From positions 169,136,001 through 169,200,000 of the forward strand of contig OZ024740.1 in the NCBI GenBank assembly GCA_964016885.1: DNA of 64,000 nt, given 5' to 3'. The notes below the pieces were generated by a model that made no database searches, was not told the DNA's origin, and saw only the letters and a program-made list of their open reading frames with translations. Numbering within the stretch: the first letter of the stretch is position 1; each line of letters opens with the position of its first letter. The translations under genes were made by a program, and so were the position numbers. This DNA comes from Eledone cirrhosa (taxonomy: Eukaryota). This document shows positions 1 to 14,567 of this stretch, in pieces.

Positions 1-1119
1 AGTGGACGTAAAATGATGATGATGATGTCCTTTCTGGTAGGTCAGGAGACCACATCTTGCTCATACTTTCCACATTTGACATGGCATCCAGTTGTAGAAA
101 CTAAGCTAAAAAAATACACGGTGTAAGATCTGGTCCTCCTGGTCCATCTAGCAGGTCAGTAACTTTAAGAACTGACTTGGATTGGTGCACCATTCTATAT
201 CAGCATGGTGCACCATTCTATCCATATCAGCATGGAAAACAGGTAGACAATGGTGATATTCATGTTTGTCTGTAATTATTAAAGATAGTTGAATAAAATT
301 CAAATAAATTGTGTATGTATGTGTGTGTGTGTGTGTGATGATGGATGCGACAGCGAGCACTCTGTACTGATAAATATTGTTTATGGCCAAATGATGAGTC
401 TTGTTACATAATAATGACTATCATAGATATATAATACCTGGGTATTATATATATACATATAGTCTGAGTTCAAATCCCGCCGAGGTTAACTTTGCCTTTC
501 ATCCTTACGGGGTCGATAAAATAAAGTACCAGTAATACACTGGAATAAGTGCTGGCCTTGTGCCAAAAGTAGAAACAATTATATATATATAATACCTGGG
601 TATTTGTTGTTGTCTTTCATATGAGGTATATATACATATTGTCTTTGCCTTCTGTTCACAGCCCCCTTCAAATTTGAATAATTAACGAACTCATTTTGGG
701 TATCATTAAGTGTTGATTGGGCTATTCCAGATAAATGGACCCGTGTTGCAAATATGACAATAGATTCCTTATATAGATAGATGTGTGTGTATTCCTGAGT
801 CATTTTCAAAACTATTGAACTGACCATTTATCTGTATGGCTATTCTACATTTGCTATTTCCATAATAGGTTGCCATTGTTATATTTTTTTGTGCTAACAA
901 GACTATATTCCATGTAGACTTGGTATGTGTATTTTTTACATGAACTTTATAAATATAAAACAACCCTTGCCTCACAAAATAGCTTACGCTTGTCTGTGCC
1001 CAGTTACAGCCCTTGATACAGTAAACATTTTTATTTCAAATTTTGTGTGTTCGTTTATTTTTTGTTTTTTACTGGGATGTTTACTTTAGAAGATAAAGAA
1101 AAGTAGTATGATATCAGTG

Positions 1120-1164
<45 letters not shown>

Positions 1165-2539
1165 TTATGATGAGGATAGATAAGGTTTTGTTTATCAAGA
1201 ATGAATGCTTAATCAGTATAACTGCTTGCCAGAGAATTTGACACTTTTTGCTGAAGTCTATATTTTACATGATGCTACACTTGCTTATATTATATATATT
1301 TAAGATTTATCCATTAGCCTATTTCTTTGATGTTTCCTCATACAGTATTCCACTTAGTCTTGAGTACTATTCGAGGAACCTGTGAAACGAAGGGAAATAA
1401 CAGGCCACTTGATCAGCCATAATTAACTACTAGTAAATACCCGATGTTAGAGAAATATTTGGCTCCTCTAGCAAACACCAATGTTGAGTTGCAGCAGTGT
1501 GCACCCACAATTGCACACAATCCAATGTAAGAGACCAAGGTAACCACCAGATGGCAGCACTGTGGGTTTTGCTTATTTGTGCTTCTACTGCAAACACTTC
1601 CCTATTATCTCAAACCATTGTTGATTCTTAAACTTACAATAAACTATAAGCATGACGTAAGTTATTTCCTTTCTCCTCTCGAGTTAAAAAGGAGGTTGAC
1701 TCTCCTTTTCACTCCTACAGTCATATATGCATGTGATGGACAGACACGGAGAAATAGCTGTTTTATAATAGTTTCTGATTTAGGCACAAGGCCAACAATT
1801 TTGGTGGGAGGAGAAAGTTGATAAATCGACACCAGTGCATTACTGGTACTTTATTTTATTGACCCTGTAAGGATGAAAGGTAATGCTAACCTCGGTGGGA
1901 TTTGAACTCAGCGTAAAGGGCCATAGCTCTATGTCGCTAAGCATGTCTGATGTTCTACCAATTCTGGTATTCACTTTTTTTTTTTTTTTTTTGCATCTAT
2001 CAATATGGTGTGTGTGTGTATGTGAGAGAGGTTGTAATCATCATTTAATGTCTGCTTTATCTGTTAGCTAGAGTTGGATGGGTCTACATAAACCAAGTCA
2101 GTACTGAAGTGGGATTACTGAACTCCAAGCCAAGCTGAGGAGTCTGCATCCTGCTTACATACAGTCATACAGTGCAAAGAAGTTGTCTTTTGACACAAAC
2201 TGAAGGGTCCTCCCAACCTCTTATTTGGCAAGTTTTCTGTTTGGATGCCCACAATGAATCAAAACATTCCCGATATATATTTTATTAACAGCTGTGAAAG
2301 GAGTAGAATAAAATTCAATTCCATTAGTTAAATATATATATATATATATATATATATTTTTTTAAATCAATCTATTTCGGGTGCTAATTTCATAGAAACA
2401 TTAGAGTAAAAGACTAAGTGTATTAACACTAACCTAACTATCATCATCATCACCACCATCCATTTTTTTATTTAATTTTTTTATTTATTTTATTTATTTA
2501 TTTATTTTTTATTTATTTATTTTTTTTTTTTATTATGCA

Positions 2540-2742
2540 GGACACAATTAATCTCTCAGTAGGGGTGGGTCCTGCCTGACAGCGCTCCTTAGCGTCCTGC
2601 TCCATGTATTTCTGTCCGCCGATCTCACATATACTTCCATGTACTTCCCTGACATTTGTGTATTATTCTATGTACTGTACATACACCTTTGACGAGTTGT
2701 AGTGCACCTGAGCACTTTACACAATAATTTCATTATTATTAT
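2540..2742 (+). mobile_element. L2/CR1-like LINE 3' end with (ATT)n tail
   Basis: gtagtgcacctgagcac...aataatttcattattatt; an inverted copy lies at ~59355-59520. Confidence 0.5.
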
Positions 2743-5322
2743 TATATATATATAGTTTTATACGAGCAAGACAGTCACTCGACCAGACTTGCCTCAAATA
2801 GGACAAACTCGTCTAATCTATGCTAGCGTGGAAGATGGACGTTAAAGGATGATGATGTGCGTTTTTATTTACTTATTAATTTTCCACCATTGCTTCAACT
2901 CCAGTAAAGAAACATTCTTTAAGGAGATTGAATAAAACCAAAATAAAATACCAAGAGTTGTTTCCCCTACTTGCTAAATAACAGGATACATTTAAATTTC
3001 AGTGGAACGGAAATATTTTTTAGATCCTTATTTTTGTGTCTTGGTACCCTCCGTCAAATAGACTGAGAAACGACATAAACACAGTATTCAGATATTAGAA
3101 TTAGACCTTCCATCCATTAATTCTTATAGCAACACGTAACCACCACTCAGTTTGATTCTCCCAGTTGGCCAGTTGTAACCAGTACATTCAAATAAATGTC
3201 TCTCTGATTGGTTATTAATCAGTTCTCCTTTCTTTTCAACCAATCAGATTTATTATAGTAAATATATTCAATGAATTTTTTTCCTCACTGCATAAGTTTT
3301 TTTCTAGTTAAATTTTTTTTTTATGAATCTGGCATTAAATATTTTCACTCTAAGTTATCTATACAGATTAGATTTTGCTTGTGTCCATCCTTGGTTTTAT
3401 TTTATCATTATTGTTTTTGAAAGTTCACCCCCCAGTGGTAAATAAAATATTAATAATAACCAAGTGATGTTTTTAGATTGGTTTTAATTGAATGTATTGC
3501 TGCTGCTACAAAAACATTGGCCTTGTACCTTGTAAAAAGAAATCTCTTTAGATTAGCATGTAACATTATTTGTAGAAAGTGACATGATGCTTGCTTTATG
3601 TAATTTCTCTTGTAATCACATCAATATTCTGTTACATATTTGTAACTATCCTGAAACCCATGAGTATCTCTATAAGTTTGGGTGTGTGTGTGTTAAGAGC
3701 ACTGCAACTGTGAAGTGAAGGCATTGAGTTATTGACTTAAATGTTTTTATTTTGTCATAGTATAATTGTTGTTTAACTTCAGATCAGCCCTGTCCAAACA
3801 AAGATCAGAAATGCCAGTGCTTTTTAACTGTAGTTGAACTCTGAAGTCGGTGTTCCATTGATGACCATCCCCGTCCTTTGTTCAAGTATAATGTTAATAT
3901 TTACTTAATATATTATCCTATGTGTCCTTACTTTTTATGAGACAATTGCATCTAATTTGAGGTACATGAAGCTGCTGCTTTTAGCAGGTCAAGCAAATAC
4001 ATAGAAGCTTCCTTATTGACTTTTATCAATTTTGTTATGACTTTAGACAAAATTATCTCATTACTCTATTTGTCTTATCCAACCTTAATGAAAGAAATAT
4101 GTATCATTCTAACACTAATTGTTTTTAATTTTGGCACAAGACCAACAATTACCCAGTACATTACTGGTACTTTATTTTATCGACTCTGTAAGGATGAAAG
4201 GCAAAGTTAACCTCGGCGGGATTCTAATGTAGAGTAGTTAGGCTACTAGTGGACTAAATACAAAATCTGGTTTTGACTGCATTAGATATTTTTTATTTTT
4301 TGTTTTGGTCATGTTCCCCTAGCCTTTATAATTTCTTTAGATATAAGTAAAATTGTCATTACTCTCTGGTAAAAAGAAAACAAATGCATGATTGTGATAA
4401 CTTTGATTGCCCTGAAGCAAATCAGATGAAACTTTTGTTACTACCGTTTATTGTTCACATGATACAATTTATCTGAAAACTCCCATATTTTTTTCCTGTG
4501 TGGAAATTACAGTGAATTAGCTATTTAACTCTTTTGATACTAAACTGTCAAAAACTACCTCTGGTTCTATGATACTTAACTGTTTAAAGTATTTCTATTT
4601 ATTAAAAGAACATTCCATTATAATTTTATGTAAGAACCTTTTAGTTATGTTCCAAACATCAACTTAATTATGAGTAAGATAATTAACTTACTCATAATTA
4701 AGTCCCTACAAATTCTTGATTATTTTCAAACTGATTTGAACATTAAATGATTATAGGTAATGTCTTTCTTTAGAAATATAATGAAATGGTTAACCCAGTC
4801 CTAACAACTTCTTCTTTTCGTATCTTCGAAGCATGTGGTTATATGATAGTTTCCGATTTCTTTACACTAACAACTGATTTACATATTGGAAATTAATATA
4901 CCTACATAAAGACAGATACCTCTCTTATAGAACCAAGCTTCAGAAAGTTTATATTTTGTTTGCAAATAGAGCTGTACAGACACTATTTAACATTTACATT
5001 ACTCTATATTTACCACTGTATTTATGTGATAAAGGCCTTATCTCGTATAATATTGAATCTGAGATTTTGATATTATTTATTTTGAGAACAATACCTTAAC
5101 ATCGGTACGAGTGGCGAGTTATGGCCAGTTTGAACAGAATGAGGTGAGAGAATTCTGGCCAGATACAACCGGTTTAAATGCTAAAGGGTTAAAGATTGAT
5201 TTGTATCAGGAATAAGTTAGATAAGACACATATATCCAAAATAGTTCTAGGAGTATCTGTTTAATTCTGGTTTAGAGATGGTTGGGTTCTTTGATCTACT
5301 CATATATTTCCAGATAATGAGT

Positions 5323-5636
5323 CAGAGGTTCTCAAAGTAGGTGCTACTGCTCCCTGGTGGCACTGGGGCCTAAGGGAGCAGTGGTAGGTAGAGATGATAT
5401 AATACTATATTAAATATCAAATGATTCATATATATGAATATAGTAAAATAAAAAATATATTTATTTATACATAGTATATATTATATTATTTATTATATAT
5501 AAATTAACGATTTATTTATTATATATTATTTACAATTTACGTGTAGGCAGGTCTCTCTGGGAATAGGGTTGAGGGGTGCTGAGGGTATTACACGGCTGTG
5601 AGGGGAGCAATGGCCCAAAGAGTTTGAGAACCTCTG
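5323..5636. mobile_element. hAT/Charlie-type MITE
   Basis: TIRs CAGAGGTTCTCAAA ... TTTGAGAACCTCTG; flanks taatgagt / tgctaagt fit a decayed 8-bp TSD. Confidence 0.78.
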
Positions 5637-6457
5637 TGCTAAGTAAATGTCGCTAGATTTTAGTCTGGTTAGTGATTAAAACATCTTGTAAACTCTGGCC
5701 AACTTTAAGATTAGCTATCCATCCTTTTGGCTTCTTTCTTAGCTTCTGTATCTTGTTACCACCTATTGCTACCACTATCGTTATGGCTTTCACTTTTTAG
5801 TTCCTGCTAACTTCATGATTTTTTTTTTTTTTTTTTTTTTTTGTAAATCTGAAACAAGATCTAGACTCTGATATGCAATATCTTGAACTAATTCTCTATT
5901 TATGGTACCATCAAGTACTGTAAAGTTGTCTTGGTGCCACAATAAAAAGCACCCAGTTCTTACTGTAAATGTGGTTGGCATCTAGCCATAGAAACCTAGC
6001 CAGCAGAACAGTTCTTTATGAGCAAGACATGGATATCTGATCTGACTTGTCTCACAATGGGACAACTTGTCTAACTTATGCTAACGTGGAAAAATGGACA
6101 TTAAACAGTGATGATGATCATCAAAGCTATCACTTCTGAACAATTCAACAAACTCTAATTCCTTTTGTACAATTTCTGTCTTTGCCATATCAATATAGTT
6201 AATGTGTGTGTATATAATATATACATGCCTTGTGAGTGAAATTTCTGAGACAGCAACTGAAAGCCCATTGTATGTATGTGTGTTTATCTGCACATATCTT
6301 TGCATTGATGCTGCTTGGGCAGCTGGTGATGTTTGTTTATATTCAGATAATTATCTGAGGTAAAGCTTTTACCATGAAAATATAATAGTATATATAAAAT
6401 AATGTGAATGCTAAAGGGGTAACATGAGAAGACCAGTGGAATAAGTACCTTACTTCG

Positions 6458-6845
6458 CCTTCTTCTTCACCCTCTTATTCCTGAGAGGGTCATGGGGGCT
6501 GAGTCCTCAAGCACTCCTTCCAGCAGGTCTTTGTCAGAAACAATCATCTCCAACTGAATCGGTTGATCCCCAAACGAGACCAGCCAAGCTGATGGATGTT
6601 ATTCAACCATCTTGCTCAGGGTCTACCAATGAGTCTCCTGCTGGCTGGTTTTGCCCGGAAAATCTGTCCAGCAATTCTTTCTTGAGACATTCTAACCACA
6701 TGTCCATAGTATCAGAGGTGTTATCTCTCAATTTAGAGAAATAGCAGCTCTATCTGGAGTGACTCTCTGATCTCCAAGCTACACACTTTATTGAGTAATG
6801 TTACTCTAAAAAACCGGGTGAAACCCATTTTGGCCGTTTGGCACC
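6458..6845 (-). mobile_element. RTE-like LINE 3' fragment with (GAA)n tail
   Basis: Same sequence recurs at 7965-8380 and 44752-44930 (ctgagagggtcgtgggggcagagtcctcaa..agccaagctcatggatg); encodes a G.P..RW-type C-terminus on the minus strand. Confidence 0.7.
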
Positions 6846-7964
6846 AGCGAGGGGTATCTGGCCTTAGGATATTACCTAAAAACAGTCTCATCTAATCCAT
6901 TCCAGAAGGTTAAAAGTGGAAGTAAAAAGATGATGATACATATACATAATTTTTGAAGCAATGTTTTATGATTGGATACCCTTCTTGGTGCATACCATTT
7001 TAGTTGCTTCTTACTCACACAGATACAGTTTACCCCGTTCTAAATTTGATACACACAGCAAAGAGTAACATACTCAATAGTACAGTAAAATGTTTGTTTT
7101 TTTTCTGATATTTCCAATAAGTATGAATGTTTGTTGTTCACTTTTATTAGTCACATTTTCAAATATTAGAAATTCTTTAGTTTTATTTTCATATGATTTA
7201 ATCTCTTGTTAATTAGAACTATCTTTTTCTTATTAAAAAAAACAAATCTCTTGCTGTATGGGTGTCCATTCAAGATATGCCATTTCTACTGGTGGTTTCT
7301 CTCAGTATATGGGGTCTTTGAAAATAACTAAAATTTCTCAAAATCAATTTCTGATGTTCATTGTTTTAGTGAAAGCTGTAGTTGATCAAGTTGATAGGAT
7401 GTCGGACTACTTGATTGAAACATAAGCAGTTCATGTCCGAAATACTCCACTATTAAATGACCCACTTCACCTAAGTGTAATGAAAGTGTTGCTGATTTAA
7501 AATTTCTATGAAAATGTCACTTGTGTAAAGATGACATTGGTCTAGTTACTCTATAAATGTCACTTGTGCAGAGACAGCATCAACCAAGCTGCTCTAGAAA
7601 TGCTACTTGAAGACACTCTCAAAGTATGACTTATATACTGAATCAGTTATAGTCTTCAATCATGTTCAGTTGAATAGTCTGTCACCTGCTGAAGTAAGGA
7701 GTCTTTTTTGGATAAGTAAAGTGAAGGCAATACATCGAAAGTATTTTGCCTTCATATCTTGGACTTCTTTATAGGTGACTTGTACTTATTGACTTTCATA
7801 AGCTAGAAAATATAACCTATTAAGTTTGGAATTATGGATAGATATTCAATATAATGCCATTAGCTAATGATATGGTTTCTTTTCTATTCTGATTGCTTTA
7901 TTCACTTTTCCTTTTATTTACAAATTTTTCCTCTCTTAAATTCACTGTGCTCTCTTCTTCCACT

Positions 7965-8380
7965 TCTTCCACTTATTCCTGAGAGGGTCGTGGGGGCAGA
8001 GTCCTCAAACACTCCTCCCAGCAGATCCTGTAAGAAGCAACCGTCTCCAACTGATCTGGCTGGATTCCCATGCGAGACTAGCCAAGCTCATGGATGTTAT
8101 CCAGCCATCTTGCTTGGGATCTATCCCTGGGTCCCCTGCTGATTTTTGCCCATAGAATCTTTCCAGCGATTTTTATTTTTTTAATTTTTTTTAAATTTTT
8201 TTTATCTGAAACATTCTGACCACATGTCCATAGTATCAGCTGTGATCTCTCAATTTGGAGAAGTAGCAGTCTACATGTAGTAACTCTGATCTCTGAGCTA
8301 TGCACTCTATCAAGTAACGTTACTCCAAAGACCCTTTAGAAGAACCCCATTTCAGCCACTTATATTCGCGATCGTATTCT
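7965..8380 (-). mobile_element. RTE-like LINE 3' fragment, second copy
   Basis: Minus ORF 8078-8305 ends ISRGPRDRSQARWLDNIHELG; similar to 6458-6845. Confidence 0.7.
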
Positions 8381-8894
8381 GTACCCTCTGTTGTAGTAAA
8401 TAATTCTCTAATTAAACTGTCTGTTTGTTTGCTTCAGAGTTTGAATCGTTTCTAAAATATTTGGTAATGCATTTGCTATTTTAGAATAGAATAACATAAT
8501 GTGGTTGATAATCAGTTCCTAACATTATTCTAAAATGGGAATTATTAAAAATAATAGATCTGTATATAATGATTTAATCTTTTTCTAAATTTTAGATTGT
8601 CGAATCCCTGTTTAACCTCCATTTTTCCACATTAACATTAACCAAAATTATGCCTACCCCTCAAAATTATATACCAAGGGCATATCATTTTTTTGCAAGT
8701 TTTCTTGATAAAAAGCATGCTCAATGAAGTGTCCTATCCAGTAATTTTTCATAACTTTCTGTTTTCGGTTTCTTCAAAATGGCTCAGTGTTTGCAAAATA
8801 CTACGGACTGAAATAATTACAACTTCAAATGTCTAATGCAAACTTGCTTATTATGTTGACTGCAATATATTTTTACATACATTGTATATACAAT

Positions 8895-9235
8895 GGAAGC
8901 ACATGGCATAGTGATTAGAGCATTGGCCTTGCAATCGAAAGGTTGTGAGTTCAATTCTCAGACCGGGTGATGTGTTGTTTCCTTGAGCAAGACACTTTAT
9001 TTCACATTGCTCCAGTTTACTCAGCTGTAGAAATGAGATGATAGGGACCCCCAGTCCCTATCATTCCACTGCAAAGTGGTCGTGGAGGTGCCACGGCAAA
9101 AAAGCACCCAGCACTCACTGTAAATGAGGTTGGTGTTAGGAAGGGCATCCAGCTATAGAAATCAAGCCAGAATCAGTTCCCGTCCCACCCTTGCAAGCAG
9201 GGAAAAGTGGACGTAAAAGGAAATGATGAAATGAT
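8895..9235 (+). mobile_element. tRNA-derived SINE (second family) with RTE-type 3' tail
   Basis: Head tggcatagtgattagagc..gagttcaattc, body ccttgagcaagacacttt..ctcagctgtagaaatgag, tail aaagtggacgtaaa..gatgat shared with the RTE at 29030-29666. Confidence 0.7.
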
Positions 9236-10914
9236 TGTTATATGATAGACAACCACCAATATATATATTTTGTTTTGTTTTATATCACAGTTGGTTAACA
9301 ATACCATCATTTGTTACACATTTCCAATGGGGCAGATACTAGTTTTCAGCAGTTCTCATAGTGAGAGTAACAAAGGAGTATTGGTTACTTGGTGTAGAAC
9401 AAGTGTTGCAGGGGGCATTTGTAAAAGGGCAGGTTTTTGTTATCTTGGTGAAATATACTCTTACACATAAGGACCAACTGGTAACGAGTTCTTCCACACA
9501 GGACAGCTAAGAATTCAGGAACTTTCAGAGTTGTTTCCCTTGCTTGCTCAGCCAGTGAATAATGTCAGTTGCACTTTTCAAATTCCGTTTTTTTAAATGT
9601 TAGTTAACTTTTAATATTTTTTTCTTAATCTCTGTAGTAAACGGCTATTTGTAATGTTGAAAGCATTGGGAATGATCAAACCTACCTTTATATTTATAGA
9701 CAGTTTTCAGCACAGTTTCCATCTACCAAATTTTACTCAAAGTATTGGTCAAGCAGAGGTTATGATAGAAGAGACTTGCCCAAGGTGTAACACAGTAGGA
9801 TAGAATCTAGAATCTCATGGTTGCAAAAGGTGTTACTTAACTCAGACCTGTCAACTCTCCCTGTCCGACAGGGAAAAATTCCACCCACTTTGAGGTGGGC
9901 AAGAGATGCCTTTTCGTGTGAAAATGGGTATAGCTTTCATTATGTAAAATTTCCCGATTTTGCCTCATTTCTCCCCGTTTTGGGGTACATTTTTTTTCAT
10001 GATACTCCCCATTTGTATGTTTAAAGGTTGGCAGTCTGTTAACTGCACAACCATACTTGTACAATATACATAAATCAGGCATGTTTTAATTATATTACTC
10101 TTAAATGTTGCCTTCCTTATGTGAGTGTTTGTGTGTGAGAAAGTATGTACAAATACTTACATGTTGTCATGACTGTATATTTTTCCATCATTTTCAAAAC
10201 ACAATCAGAAGCTAATTTTTATTCATCCTCTACTACATATAATTCCCTCCAAATATTTGATCTGTAATAGGTCAACAAATCTTATCAATCATATTAGTTT
10301 TGCCTGTTAGCTGTACTCAATTGTGTTTTAACATTATTACTTTATTCTCAATTTGTCATGTTTCTTTGTTCTATTAGTCACCTGCATATTTTGTTTCTTC
10401 TTCAAGATTAAATAAAATTTCCCACTTTTTTATATCCTATTCTTTCTTTATATTGTTTCAATACTACTTTCAAATCTTCTTTTTTTGTTTTTTTCTTTCA
10501 ATCATTCCTAATTTAGGGTATTTATTGTTTTATATATTTTCACTCTTCAGGTAAGTGAAAAATTACCTGTAATGCTAGGTGCAAGGTTGTTCACTTCACA
10601 ACTATGTGCTCTTGGGTTTAATGCCATTGAATGGCACCTTAGGCAAGTGTCTTTTACTCTCGCACTGGGCCAGCCAATATCTTTTGAGTAAATTTGGTTG
10701 ATGGAAACTGTAAAGTAGTATGTGTTATAGACATGTATATGTATAAATGTGCACATTTATGGTATGGCTGTGTGGTTAAGGAAATTCTCTTTGCAACCAT
10801 ACCTTTTTGGATTCACTCTTACTACATGGTTCCTTGAGTAAGTCTTTTCTACCATCTCTTGTTGAGTGAAATTTGGTAAACTTAAACTACAGAAGTTTGC
10901 TTTACATATATATA

Positions 10915-13900
10915 TATATGGGATAACAAGTTATAGGTAATCCAGTTAGAGGTTGTGAGTACTCTGCGTCGTGGATAATTTTAACGTACAGCTTTGTTTG
11001 AATCAACAAGATGCTTCCATAGTTATGCTGCATAACTATGAAAGCATCTTGTTGAGTCAAACAAAGCCGTATGTTAAAACTATCCACGACGCAGAGTACT
11101 CACAACCTCTAACTGGATTACCTATAACGATAACTTGTTATCCCATATACCCAGCTCCCACTAGGTTGAGCAACAACCTTAACGCACAGCACTAACATGG
11201 AAAAGCACCACATAAGCATGTCACTGAAAAACATACCTATACCTACAAACAAGGACTATACACTCGGCATGATGAAGCAGCGTACTAATGATTTCATCCG
11301 TCGAATCCGATGGAAGGCCTACCATTACGACAAAGGACACGCTAATAACACGGAGGAATTTACTAGGGAAAAATACGGATTCAAATCCTGCAAAAATCCA
11401 CCAAATAACCCCCAGCTCGATGCTTTCGAACTCGACCTCATGAACATAATAAGTGGAACTAAATTAAAAAAACGGACACATCACAACAAATTGCAAAACG
11501 ACATGCACTACTAAAAAAACTACGCAACACCAACGGTATTATAGTAAAAGCAGACAAAACATCAAACGTATACACCATGAGCCTCAATACATACAATAAT
11601 TTTATACGTCGGGAATTGCACAAAAAATACAAAAAACAACAACAACAGAATCTGCACTCACTAGCATTAATAAGGAAGGACTTAGCATAGTAAAAAAAAC
11701 TGAAAATATCTGATAGAACCGAGCCTCTAACCCCTTTTAACCCCACATTTAACCTAAAGTATCACAAAAATAATTTCGAAATAGACCCCACAATTAGATT
11801 AATATGTCCATTTAAGTCGGATATCGGTAGAATTAGCAAACATATACTAGATAGAGTAATCGCACAATTTAAGGAAAAATTAATAAGCTATGGGATAACA
11901 CTAACGAAGCAATAGACTGGTTCAGCAAAATAAACAGTAGAGAAACATCTAATTTCGTACAGTTCGACATTAATGACTACTACTCATCCACATCCCCAGT
12001 CACCCTGGGTAAAGCGCTAACCTTTGCCCAGAAAATTTCGGACCTTACCTCGGACGAAATTAAAATAATACTAGCTGCTAGAAGGACTATCATTAGATTC
12101 GAAAATAGTTAATGGGAACAAAAAAACCCAGATAAAATAGCTTCGATATCACAATGGGATCTAACCACTCAGCGCAGGTAACGGACTTGGTGGGAATATA
12201 TATAGCTTACAACTTACATAAGGAATTCAATAACCTCCAAGGTGGAATTTACAGAGACGATACACTCCTTCTAGCCAAAAACTTAAATAATCAAAACATG
12301 GAAAGATTACGAAAAAACAGAGTATTCTTCAACAAACTAGGCCTAGGTATCACTTTCGAACTTAACTCTAAAAAAGCAAATTTCTTAGATGTAACTCTCA
12401 ACCTAAGCACAGGATTAATAGAGCCCTTCCACAAGAATAACGAAAATCTAGCCTACATTAGTTATAACTCAAACCACCCCTGATCCATAATTAACTCCAT
12501 AGCACATAGGCGGGATATTCTGAGGGATATACTATCTTCGAACCTAGAAATGTTTAACGAACACGCAAACTATTATAACATAGCTTTACATAAGGCTCGA
12601 CATAGGGAGAAGCTGGAATACATACTAGATAGAGACAACAACAACAAACCTAACGACAACAACACTACCCGCTCATATAGAATTAACAAGCATAGGACTA
12701 AGCATAGAATTAGACAACGAGCACCAAAAATAACTGAACAGAACACTAATATAAGGACTCAAAAAAACTATAGAAGATCCAGAGATAGAAAGTACCTATG
12801 GTTCAATCCAATATTCAACTCCTCTATAAAAACTAAACTACCTTATACATTCTTTAAACTAATAGATAAGCACTTCCCTACACTACACAAATACCATAAA
12901 ATCTTTAATAGAAAAACTATAAAACTTTCCTACTCTACTGCAGCCAGCATAGAATCGCACATACGTAAGATCAACTACAAAAATATCTCTAAAGAAATTA
13001 ACCTACCAACATGCACCATAGTATAAAATACAAAACACAAACACATAACAACAACACAACCACAAACGCATCATAACGCATCACAACAAAACATTATTAG
13101 GCATAAATCACAACAAATTACAAAACCGCAACGATGAACCTGCACAAAACAAAACCTCAAATTGTAATTGGCACCTACTGGATAAGTCCCCACTACAGAA
13201 TAGATGCCTGGATTCGAGTATGGTATACCTGTGTACTGTAAATTCAGGCAACTCTACTTGGCACTACATAGGTTCCACGGCTGGGGAGTTCAAGAAAAGG
13301 TGGTACGTCCACAGACACTCCATGAAGAACCGTAAACTGGAGAATTCTACGACGCTCGCCAATAAAATCTGGCAGCTTAAAGACAAAAACATAGAATATA
13401 AGATTAGCTGGTCAAAATTATAGGTAACAAGAGCCTACAGCAACGGAATGTCCCACTGCGGGCTTTGTAATTTAGAACTACTACATATTTTAAGGTACAA
13501 TGGGATGCTGCTTAACAGCAAGATAGAAATATCTATTTTCTGTAGGCATAAAATAGCTACTAGATTCACAAACTTCAAACCAGCATGATTTGAACCGGCA
13601 ACCCCAAAGTTATAAGTGAACCACCTAGATTTTAACATATAGAATACACACCATCGCACTGCAACTGTCAAACGGTCAACTGGTCACTGGATCATAAATC
13701 TCTGAACATTTCTTTCACCTTCTCTCCCTGAAACAGCATCAACCCCATTAAGATAGAACAATCAGCAAAACATTTACAACAAACGTCTATCAAACGTCCC
13801 GTCATCCCTGGCCCATAAATCTCACACATGTATCCACCAATTAATCTCTAATTTATTGTTTTTTCTTTTATCTACCACTACATCGGACCCTCTACACGTA

Positions 13901-14375
13901 TCTATGCACATCTCGAATCTGGTTTCTCATGTTAGCACTAAATCCACCAACGAAACCTTATAAGAACACTTACTAAAAAAACTACTACTAACATACTATG
14001 TACTTACACGCTCTCACTTATTTCTTTCTTTATATTTTCCATTCTCTCATTTCCTTATTTTTTAATGTACCTTATCTTATCTTTTTACTTTTCACATCTG
14101 TAACTTCTCTGCCTATTTACCATATATGTTTTACTATTGATGTTATTGTTTTGTTTATACGCTATCTTTCTATATAAGTCTTGCCTCGAGTGAATTATTT
14201 TTATATCTACGTACTCTGATGTGTTGACCAGAGGTAAATAATGTATTGGAGATCGAGTGACGCAACCTCAAGCGATTAGCGAACTCTAGACTCACCTGAT
14301 CAACGAAACAATTGTCACTACTTTAAATAAAACCCTTATTGTACAGCCAACCATCCATGTTACTCTTCATTCTTT
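10915..14375 (+). mobile_element. Near full-length, disrupted Penelope-like retroelement (RT + C-terminal GIY-YIG; probably Nematis-type)
   Basis: Broken ORF pieces 11197-13423: MSLKNIPIP N-terminus, QFDINDYYSSI, MGSNHSAQVTDLVG, GIYRDD, NFLDVTLNL, SNHP, WFNPIF..KHFP..HKIFNR..KLSYS, GIY-YIG MVYLCTV..HYIGSTAGEFKKRW. 5' palindrome, 3' hammerhead-like motif + AATAAA, flanked by (TA)n. Confidence 0.92.
14211..14321 (+). ncRNA. Hammerhead-like motif with extended stem II at the Penelope 3' end
   Basis: gtact CTGATGT gttgaccag..ctgatcaac GAAAC aatt GTC actac; A9 is replaced by T and stem I has one mismatch; AATAAA follows. Confidence 0.6.
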
Positions 14376-14380
14376 ATATA

Positions 14381-14419
<39 letters not shown>

Positions 14420-14567
14420 TATATATATATATGTATGTATATCTGTGTGTGTGTGTTCATGTTCATGCTCTGTAACTTAGCAGTTCAACTAAAAGAAATT
14501 CATAAAATAAGTATCAGACTTGGAAAAAAAGGTACTGTGGTCGATATGATCAATTAAATCCCTTTAA

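Noticed and set aside
11197-13590. Selenocysteine-recoded (Naiad-type) PLE ORF
   Set aside because: The endonuclease is C-terminal and the disruptions include TAA/TAG stops and frameshifts, i.e. ordinary decay.
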